From the NCBI GenBank assembly GCA_051362555.1, contig CM120646.1, positions 620,001 through 684,000 on the forward strand: DNA of 64,000 bases. Direction: 5' to 3'. This document shows positions 55,851 through 64,000 of this stretch, piece by piece. This DNA is from Lingula anatina (taxonomy: Eukaryota > Animalia > Brachiopoda). Numbering within the stretch: position 1 is the first letter of the stretch; the number at the start of each line of letters is the position of its first letter. The notes beneath the pieces were generated by a model. It had not been told where the DNA came from. It made no database searches and saw nothing but the letters and a program-made list of their open reading frames with translations. The position numbers and the translations under genes were made by a program.

Positions 55851-56267
55851 CGGTGAGTTAACATGTATTTCTTACAAGCAAGTTGAATCAATTAAAATGT
55901 TAGTCCCTATAATATCAATTGAGAACGTTACCCCTGGTAGGTTTTAACGCTAGGTCCTGTTAATTGTCAAAATAATTCTCGTCTTTAAAAACGTTGACAA
56001 ACAAATAATTTTGTCAGGCTAAATGGTGTGGTACCACGGTGATATGCCTCCCCCACCCTCCCCCCACCGCTGACCCCACTACAATAGTGGATATTTATTT
56101 AGGAAAAAAAATTTTTTCTCCTCGTCCCTCCCCCCCCCTACCCCCAATCTACCTATACAAACATTACACATCACTCTAAGCTACACTTTAATCGTTATCA
56201 ATAAAGTTTTAACGATATCGACCTGTTGTTCAGGCGCCCGGTCGCCGCGACCTCTTCTTCCCTCCAT
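41073..56267 (-). CDS. Gene A: multi-exon CARD / TRADD-N-like / coiled-coil / vWA / 2x MIB-HERC2 / WWE protein (about 1452 aa)
   Basis: 26 exons with compatible phases and no stops: 56223-56267, 55932-55956, 55603-55760, 54884-55220, 54330-54436, 53896-54029, 53196-53284, 52156-52437, 51498-51911, 50075-51241, 49750-49866, 49092-49217, 48615-48689, 48147-48265, 46685-46789, 46328-46426, 45919-45952, 45163-45275, 44564-44747, 44034-44180, 43264-43349, 42873-42943, 42662-42729, 42041-42176, 41439-41512, 41073-41119 (sum 4359 nt). All introns are GT-AG except one GC-AG. The first two exons are the least certain. Confidence 0.85.
41439..42176 (-). CDS. WWE domain exons of gene A (cassette copy 1)
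   Basis: VVWQWLRNMEWVMYPSDVNMRLEHAYQDNIRGTVEVEFMGL|RRSINFATMFDHCKDTNEDFQIQR carries the W-W-E signature and the IxF..M motif. Confidence 0.82.
42873..44747 (-). CDS. Two MIB/HERC2 domains of gene A
   Basis: [53 protein letters not shown] and [49 protein letters not shown]. Confidence 0.9.
45431..45632. mobile_element. Short palindromic MITE (second copy, inverted, at about 60035-60243)
   Basis: Shared tttagatcga.../...tcgatctaaa termini and a reverse-complement-similar interior (ccccttacagctt/aagctgtaagggg). Confidence 0.6.
46328..49866 (-). CDS. vWA domain exons of gene A
   Basis: Spliced: GLDTVLCVDVSGSMQGEPF (MIDAS DxSxS)...EDVALVTFGG...VPLTTDYYQIRRALENIQPQGMSPL...ARILVFTDGHP. Confidence 0.88.
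46950..47981. mobile_element. Non-autonomous piggyBac-like element in a gene A intron
   Basis: TTAA TSD; TIR ccctcaagagacc...ggtctcttgaggg; subterminal ggggtcat..atgacccc palindromes. Confidence 0.85.
51498..51911 (-). CDS. TRADD-N-like alpha/beta domain exon of gene A
   Basis: VDSISQGSLIFDLKFGDLDQLDAFWQWSRGRDSPLKRHLESILLTDD fits the 'GSl...l.f..L..L..lW....G.L...L..LL' motif of TRADD-N-like domains found next to death-fold domains in invertebrates. Confidence 0.65.
52156..52437 (-). CDS. CARD-domain exon of gene A
   Basis: MTQWQRDIIQNNFVFLVENLRMSPLYPYLYEDAVLVESDREVLESKKSNLEKNTHFLIQILRKRGARAFASLKRALTKTGSGFIVEAL matches the CARD pattern (N..L..L, L..RG..AF..L..AL). Symmetric phase 1-1 exon. 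Confidence 0.88.
52818..53052. mobile_element. PIF/Harbinger-like MITE
   Basis: TTA TSD, GGGC...GCCC ends, imperfect ~45-bp TIRs including tagatcgaccc/gggtcgatcta. Confidence 0.65.
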
Positions 56268-58568
56268 AGCGAACAACAGCGCCTCCTTTTGGCAGTTCAA
56301 TTAAGTTCCTGAATCAACAAAAAAGGCACATAAGTAAAATCTGAAGTCTTACATTCACTCGTCACTTATCTAAATCTCCTAGCGTCTTTAGTAAATGTAT
56401 GGGCTTTCAACGAACCGGAATAAGTTCAGATACCAGAACCTTACTAGTTTTCCAACCTTACTTGTGAAACTATGTTAGTTTAGGCCTACTATATATAGCC
56501 TTTAAGGGTTTAGAGTGGTGAATTTAGAGGGGGGTCAGGGCCCGCGAAAAAAAATTCTGGTCCCCTCTTGAAATTACATTTTTGACTAGCTTAATCATAG
56601 TTTTAACCGTACCAAATGGCACCGTTCGCCCTCTAAATTACGTAAGATTTTCGCGGGCCCTGAACCCCAGTGGCGTGGGGGGGGGGGGTCGACTTTCCAT
56701 CTGCAGACCCCCCTTCAAATAATCCAGGATCTTCCCCTGGTCTACGAAACAACTACAGTGGGTAGGCCTATCCCCCCCCCCCAAAAAAAATAAATAAATA
56801 AATAAATAAATAAATAAAAATGATTTTAATTCATTCATTAGTAGGCTACATAAAAAGATAGACAAAAATAAACCGAAACACATTTAAGCAAGGAATTGAG
56901 TTTTCACTTCTGGACCGTGCACGTCTAACAACTACCGTAACTTGTAACACATCCGACAGCGTTCTACGAGCCGTTAACCTTGACATGTACATATACGTTC
57001 TACATCGCTAGGCCTACGGAAGTAGATTAATTAGCATATAATTTCCCCACAGATGGAAGCTAGTGTGCAGTAATGCCTAATCAACCCAAAATAAAGTCTT
57101 ATTATAGCTCTTCCTGGTGAGTACTGAGAGACCTACCTCTAAAGTTACAGCTTAATATGTTCAACCATTTTGTTTCACTTTGTCACAAATGCGGACTAGT
57201 ATATATCGGCATTGGGGAATTTTCGTGTTTTTAATACGCATGCGCGCGTCTAAAAATAGTACGGTTTTCCCGTCCGTGGTCAGCAGATCAAAAGAAGAAA
57301 CAAAACATCCTCTAGCTGCGCCATTCTGTGACAGAAGTGTGATTAAAATAAAGTGTCGAACCCTTCTTGAATGACAAATTGCAGATCGTAAGGTGAGTCT
57401 GTTTATCGAACTCAACTATATAGGCCTACACAATTCACTATGTCAGCATACGGCGAAACTGACGTCCAATGTTTTTACTTTCGCTTCATGCACTATACAT
57501 CCATGATACGTGTGTAGGGTGGCGTAACAGATAAAGACAACTCCTAGCTAGGTCAAAACAACGGGCCGAGACTGGAAAAATCCGAGGGAATAACAACGCA
57601 TATCATCTAAAATCTACCACTGATGTTTTTGAAATTATAATGATAATATTTTTTAATGAGCAGCGATATGTTTTACATTTAAAGGCATTCTAACTATACA
57701 AACAGTATTATAAAGCACACATTATAGCCTAAGGAGATACAGGATAATGGATAGGCCTAGGACTATTCATGTTTTATTTAAGAAAGTACTTGTACTTAAA
57801 TGTGCTGTAACAGGCCTTGGCCTATAGTATAAATAGGCCTATAACACGTACCAGTAGCCTACATGTTTACTGAGGCAGTTGACACAGAAATAGAGCAATA
57901 CAAACCCTCACATAGCCGCAAGTACTGCAGCTGTGACTGTGAAAGTGGCTGTGGCTGTGAAGTTTGCCGTGTATCGGTTTAGTCACTAGATTTCCTACAT
58001 GTAGATGTCAATTAAGTGAGGGATGTCCTATAGTTTTACTTCTTTTTCCTCCGCCTCCGCCTCCCCCCCCCCCCCCTCCCCTGCATTCGCCTTTCCCAGA
58101 TAAATTTAGCCAAATACTTCACGTATAAAATTTTGACATTTTGTCATTATAAAAGAATATCATGGCAAAATATCGCAAAACAAAGTGATCAAATTTTAAA
58201 AGGTCGGGACGACCTGGATCAAAGTCCAACCATTATCCGTGTAACGCTAACAAGTTTTTAAGTCATAAAGCAGGTTTTTAAAAAATAATTTTATATTAAA
58301 TATTGTTAACCCTAACTCTAACCCTATTATTTAATATTATTATATGTTTACAAAGTGTGCGCGAAGAAAAAACCTGATCAATTTTACCGTAACCAGATAT
58401 TATATATTCAGTGTCAATGCGTAATTCACCCTGTTATTTAGACAAGGAATGTATAAAACAGAATTACTAGTATATATTTCCCTATATAGGCCCGGCCGGT
58501 GACCTAAGGCACGGAGTACCAGTATAAAGACAACTCAGAGCACAGGGGGATAGGCTATCAGTGCAGAA
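56268..58568. promoter_or_regulatory. Putative bidirectional promoter region between genes A and B
   Basis: Divergent start codons at 56267 and 58569. TATAAA at 58523. IRF-like motifs at 56899-56910, 57172-57181 and 57477-57487; kB-like GGGGAATTTTC at 57214-57224. Confidence 0.5.
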
Positions 58569-61500
58569 ATGAGCAACCGCAGCGCGTCCCCCTCAAATAA
58601 CAGTGACAGTCCTAAGCCCCCTTGGGCGAAACAGGTGAGTGCAGTTTACTGACGTGGAGTCTTAGGCAATAGTGGCATCACTAGATTTAACGTGCCGTAA
58701 TAAGGCACTGGTGGGTATAAGTATAAATAACCCCCCCCCCCCCCCCAAAAAAAAAAAAAATAATAAAAATAATAAAAATAAAAACTACCTTTACTAATTA
58801 AAGGGATAGAAATTGCTTTTTTTGGCCAAAAAATGGATTTTCCAGGGGTAATGGACAATTTTCTCATACTTACCAATGTTTAATAAATTCATTCCGACAT
58901 TCAAAGTTAGTCCCTTTTTTTTCTAAAGAGTTTGGTTTATAGTAATATTCTCTTAAGAGATTATTCCAAAATGTGGCCATCAGTGGAGGTCACATGATGT
59001 GATGGCAGGCACAAATTCCAGAATAATCGCGTTAACTGCCGTTTTGGTTTTAAAATATAATTTATTATATTTCTGTGGTGTTTGTATTTATTCACTTTTA
59101 TTACTATAATATTATTCTGTTTTATAACTATTTTAAAATGTCAGTTTAATATAAGCTTTATTGTAATAATGAACTGGTGGATAGAGTGTGTGTGAGTGTG
59201 TGTCTGTGTGTGTGTGTGTGTACGTGTGCATATGTGTGAGTGTGTGTATGTATGTGGCTGTATATGTGCGCGTGCGCGCATGTGTGTGAGTGCTTGTCTG
59301 CTTGCTTGTATGATTGTGTGCGTGTGTGTACACACGCATGTGTGTTCATGTGTGCGTGTATGTGTGTTTGTGTTGTCAAAAAAAAAAAGGGGGGGAGGAG
59401 AGAGGTTCCTCTCATCCGGTCACGCATAACTTACATTTTCATAAGTGGACGAAATAGAGCAAAAATAAGAACAAAAAACAAGAATTTGCTGCTATTTTTT
59501 TTCAATATAAAAATATCATAGGTTATTACCAATTTTTCATTCACCCCTTGTACTATTTTACTTAAAATCAAAATTCAAAATTTACTGACTAAAATTGCTT
59601 TGAATAACTTCATTTGGTCGGGTCACGTAATGTTCTGCACTGGTTTGCTATTTTGTCTCTTTTAAATGAATGTTGAAATCCTAACAAAGTCATCGCACTG
59701 CGCCTCCCCCCCCCCCCCCCCCCACACACACACACGCACACGCACACACACACTGGCCTGGCCTTCGAATATTCCATGAGAGAGCCATGAAAAATTAGAG
59801 GGGGGGCATATCGCGCATAATTTTCATTTCATTGTAGGTTTTTTAAGCACGTAATGTATATATTACGTATCTTATCTACTTTTTATACTTATTCAAGTTC
59901 ACAAATATATCATATACCGAGTGATACTTAAGCATACAGTTCTTAATCCAAATGGCATATAATATTAAACGTCTATTTATTTAGTAGGCCGCTTATCTAG
60001 TAATTTCTCTAATCTTTTCCCATGCCTTTGGCTCTATTCCCATAGATTTTAGATCGATCCATCCCCGCGGGTAGTCTCACTAGATTACTTTCAGATAATC
60101 CCACTTTAATGTCCGTCCCACCTACTACAAGCTGTAAGGGGGTAATTAACTTTCGTGTCCGCCCGGCTGACAGCTATTTATCGTAAACCCCCAGGGAGTT
60201 AGGTCGATCTAAAGTAGGTCGATCTAATCTATGGAAATGGGGTGTTTGTGTTAACTTGATGATATCATTGTAGATGGGGTGTCTGCCCAACTCTGTACAG
60301 CTTATATTGTAGCTTGTTAATCTTCCTGGCGCCATTTGCACGTTAATAAAGATGGATATTTATGTATGGTATAAAGTAATCTTTTGTTTTAAACTCTTAG
60401 GACCGCACTTCATACTTGCAAGTGATGATTTGATTTAATTACAAAAAGTATCATTATCAGTTTCATATATTTTAATTGGTTTTAGTTTTGAGGGGAAAAG
60501 TGTTTTTAGTTTCAGGTTTCCCCCTTCTTTTTATCACGCGGTTGTGAAAAAGATTAATGTTTAAATAAAAGGGAAAAGAGAAAGAAAGTTTGCTTCTAGT
60601 GTCAATATTCTGTGGTTTATCACCAATTTTCTATTAACCGCACGTTGTATTTTACGGTATAGATAAAGTACGAGGCGCTGAGCTTTACGAGAAATAGAGC
60701 AGGTAATTGGCGAGGCGAAGCCGAGACAATTATCTGCTCTATTTCTCGTAAAGCGCATCGCCGAGTGCTTTATCTGGCTTAAAGCACGAGTAATTATCCC
60801 TGTGCACTGGTGCGTGGAATGCATTCGTGGATGACGTAACTTTACACGAAATAAAGCACGGCGCGACCTATTGTCTTTTGACAGGAGAGTGCTTTAATGA
60901 ACCTTACTGAATAAAAAAATCAAATATTAATTTTAATTTTCAATGATAAGCTACTGAAGCATAGAATTGCTTTGAAAGAATTAACGTGGAAAAGTCATTA
61001 TCTTTGAAAGTTTGTATAATTTTCGCGTGTAAATACAGAAACCTGTAAAGAGTCATAGTTTTTTGTCCCCTCCCTCCCTCCCCACACGCGCACATATACA
61101 GTAAAGACACACACGCAGAAAACATGTACACACGCACGCACACATACACATACCCCCTCCCCCCTCCTACCCCCTCCCCTCGTGCTCGACCCACCTTTTA
61201 CAAATTTTTATCAAATCCCATTATCTATTTTCATTGCCAGTTGGACAAGGTGCGGAGAGAGGTTCTACAGCAGACAGTGAGCGTGGGGGATTTCCTCAAC
61301 CTCACCGAACGCGTGGCTACTATTGAGACCACATTACACAGAATTGAGGCTACTTTAACGCAAATTGAGGAGCAAAATGCAGCTTCCGAAGGTAGTGGCA
61401 TTTTTTATATTAAATGCTTTATAATTGCTAGACCATCGGCTTTTTACTTACGCAGAATATTTTTTATTTATGGCATGTTATTTCATCTCTTCAGTTGCAT

Positions 61501-64000
61501 TCATGAAAACGTGATGATATATTCTCAGTCATATTTTTATATTATGTGCCTGTTCGTTTTAGATGTAGCAGTACCACCAAACAGCGAAGTTCTCGTGTGT
61601 CAGACAAAACCTATCGAAAGTGAAAGTGACACCAGTTTGATAGACCTCGTAAAAAGTAATCGCAGCCAGAACCCTACTGTAGACGACATATTTTCTATGT
61701 CAGAGTCCTATAGCGACTTGGGGTCTATTCCCGTACTAGTAGCTCCAGTCATCAATGAGAAAATGCTCCTGGATTTCTCAGACGATACTTCAAAAACAGA
61801 GGTTTGTGTTTTTAGCTTCATATTATGATAATCAGGAGCACGGAATTAGGTATGTAAAGTGATAATGATAAACGACATTTTAATTGTCCCTGCATGGCAT
61901 TTACATGGACAGTCTGTGTCATTTGACACTAGCACAAGGTATTTGTACACATAAAATGACACCAGGCTAGTAAAAAAAGGTTAAGTTTAATATGTAACAC
62001 CAGCCTACTTTACATCCTGATTGCCTAAATATCCAGTAGCTTTTTACAAAGGTACTTACAACTTAACAGTATACATGGTGCATGCACTCTTGTATATATC
62101 TGTTAACAGGAAGGGTTTACATGCACATATATGTATATTTGACGGCAATTCGTCTATAGCACTGTGTCAGTTTACAGAGCTGTATTTGTCTTGTAGAGCG
62201 ACCATTTGGTAAACTCTGCTGAACAGGATGGTCAACCAAGAATCCCGGTTATAACCACAACAACACAGCTATATGGAGAATGGGATCCACTGAGGAATCA
62301 GAACTTGTATGTGTACATATCACAATATTGTATACGCCACCCCCACTGTTTTTTAATATGGTCAATATCTATCATACTGGTAGATGTTACATATCACCTG
62401 TAGTTCGTATCATAATGATGAGCATGATTTGTGTCAATCAAAAAGGTGACGTATTTTTGAGGGTATTTACTTTTCATTATTTGTATTGTTTCAGAGAATT
62501 TTTTATTTGTATGAAATGACATGATATATATGAGAAACAACAATTTTTCTATCCCAAATTATTGGGGAATATTACTGTGAACTTGTTTGTATAAATATAG
62601 AAATTATGTTACTAAATCACTGATTTCAGTGAGTCTGGGCGAGAACAGAAGGTTACAGAGATGTCGAGAGGAACACAGACTGAGATTTTGAAACCCAAAG
62701 GTAAGTTGTGTCTGGTAGCAGCTTTTGATATACTGTAGTATCAGACGAAAATCCATGCATCATTTATCATTTGAAACTAATGAAAAAATTAATAATTCCT
62801 GTTCAAACTATGGACTTGTTATGATATCCAGGAAACTATCTATTTCTCCTATGCATTGCTTGTATTCCAGATCATTTCTTTAACTTAAAATAATTTAAAT
62901 CAAATTTTGATCAATCTCCCCCTTTCCTTTGTAACTTGTATTTCAAAATTGTAAATTCTATTAAACATAAATGAATTTTGGGCTAAATATTTTACTCATT
63001 ATTATTATTATTATTAAGGAAATGATCAGGAAGAATCAAACATCTGTTTCAGTTAATGAACAAAGCGCAAATCCTGAGACACCTATGTCGACGCCAGTAT
63101 TAACCCCCATAGTAGCTATCAGCAGCGGCACCAAAGCTCTTTTTGAGCAGTACCGCTATCCCTTGGCGGCGGTGGACCTCAACCTCTTAGCGTCCTGTTT
63201 AGTGAAGGCTGGGGTGTTCTCAGCCTGGGAGGGCCAGCGTGTCCAGTCTGTCCAGTCGATGTCGGAGAAAGCCCGCTGTGTGCTATCCGTGTTGCATTAT
63301 GTCGGGGACCGTGCTGTGGGTGCCTTGAGGAAAGGACTGGCCGACATTGGGGAAACTGACCTCGCTCAGCTGCTGAAGAAAAGAAAAGGTATTTGTATTT
63401 GTTAAGAACACTTGCTTATTTTTCTTTTTCTTTTTCTTTTTCAAATATTGGATTTAATTTTACTTTAAAGCATCTGTATGAAACCTGCAAAGACATTAAA
63501 GCATGCAATTGTTACTCAATAATTTATTTTAATTTTCAAGATAAAATTGACATGATTTAGCAGTATTCTTTATCATTTATTACATATTTTGTCGTATTTT
63601 ACAGCACCCCCAACAGTCCAGGTATCATTTTCTCTGAGCTTCACAGCAGACAGTTACAGTCCTGGGGACGCCAAGAGACTGAAAGAAGCAGGTGGCGTTT
63701 TGCAGGCCAAATGGAAAGACGCCTCCTGGCGGACCTCTGTCACCAAGACTTTCCGAATGGCTGGGTACCAAATCAAGTCCATGGACGCCAACAGCATGAC
63801 GCTGTCCTTGCAGTTCCACAAATTGTCACTGCTGGATAGTTTTTGGGGAGCCCTTAGGAGTGCCCACCCCACTTCACTCACACCGACTCTTGGGAAGATC
63901 GTAGTTGATAAGGACGTAAAGGAGGTCGTGAAGGATATGGAGCTAGCTGTTTGTATCCATAGTGGTTTGACAGTGGAGCAATACTTCAAGACGAGGAGGG
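58569..64000 (+). CDS. Gene B (3' end beyond window): coiled coil - CARD - TRADD-N-like protein, paralog of gene A
   Basis: In-phase GT-AG exons 58569-58634, 61241-61391, 61563-61801, 62197-62306, 62630-62700, 63053-63388 (CARD-like: LASCLVKAGVFSAWEGQRVQSVQSMSEKARCVLSVLHYVGDRAVGALRKGLADIGETDLAQLL) and 63605->64000 (open frame: ...SMTLSLQFHKLSLLDSFWGALRS...). TATAAA at 58523. Confidence 0.8.
59185..59375. repeat. Degenerate (GT)n microsatellite (other SSRs: (AAT)n at 2797, 28921, 31870, 42397; (AG)n at 45320, 46626)
   Basis: Directly visible simple repeats; they generate spurious ORFs in the track. Confidence 0.9.
60682..60754. repeat. 28-bp-stem hairpin, probably the core of a non-autonomous transposon
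   Basis: gctttacgagaaatagagcaggtaattg / caattatctgctctatttctcgtaaagc (1 mismatch) with a loop containing aggcgaagccg. Confidence 0.6.

Noticed and set aside
41073-56267. Naming gene A as MIB1/MIB2, HERC2 or an NLR
   Set aside because: No ZZ, ankyrin, RING, HECT, NACHT or LRR motifs are seen; only individual domains are shared.
59133-59521. His/Thr- and Cys/Val-rich ORFs
   Set aside because: Translations of a (GT)n microsatellite within gene B intron 1.

Overview
AT-rich, intron-rich eukaryotic DNA from a marine invertebrate (repeat families and domain content look mollusc/lophotrochozoan-like, but the species cannot be determined). The right third holds a head-to-head pair of paralogous, probably immune-signalling genes whose start codons are about 2.3 kb apart. 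Gene A (minus strand, hand-built 26-exon model, about 1450 aa) reads: Y/G/Q-rich N-terminus, coiled coil, CARD, TRADD-N-like domain, long coiled coil, vWA, two MIB/HERC2 domains, WWE. Gene B (plus strand, runs off the window) reads: coiled coil, CARD, TRADD-N-like domain, with the same intron-phase pattern as gene A. The last three exons of gene A (WWE cassette) are present in three intact copies. The left two-thirds is a repeat and duplication zone: a 4-kb tandem duplication, Helentron-type HINEs, a Rex1/Babar LINE split by a MITE carrying a RecQ-helicase remnant (AcademH-like), a Tc1 derivative, a Gypsy-like LTR remnant and an orphan ORF pair. All gene models were built by hand from splice signals and frame continuity; domain calls come from motif recognition, not database searches.
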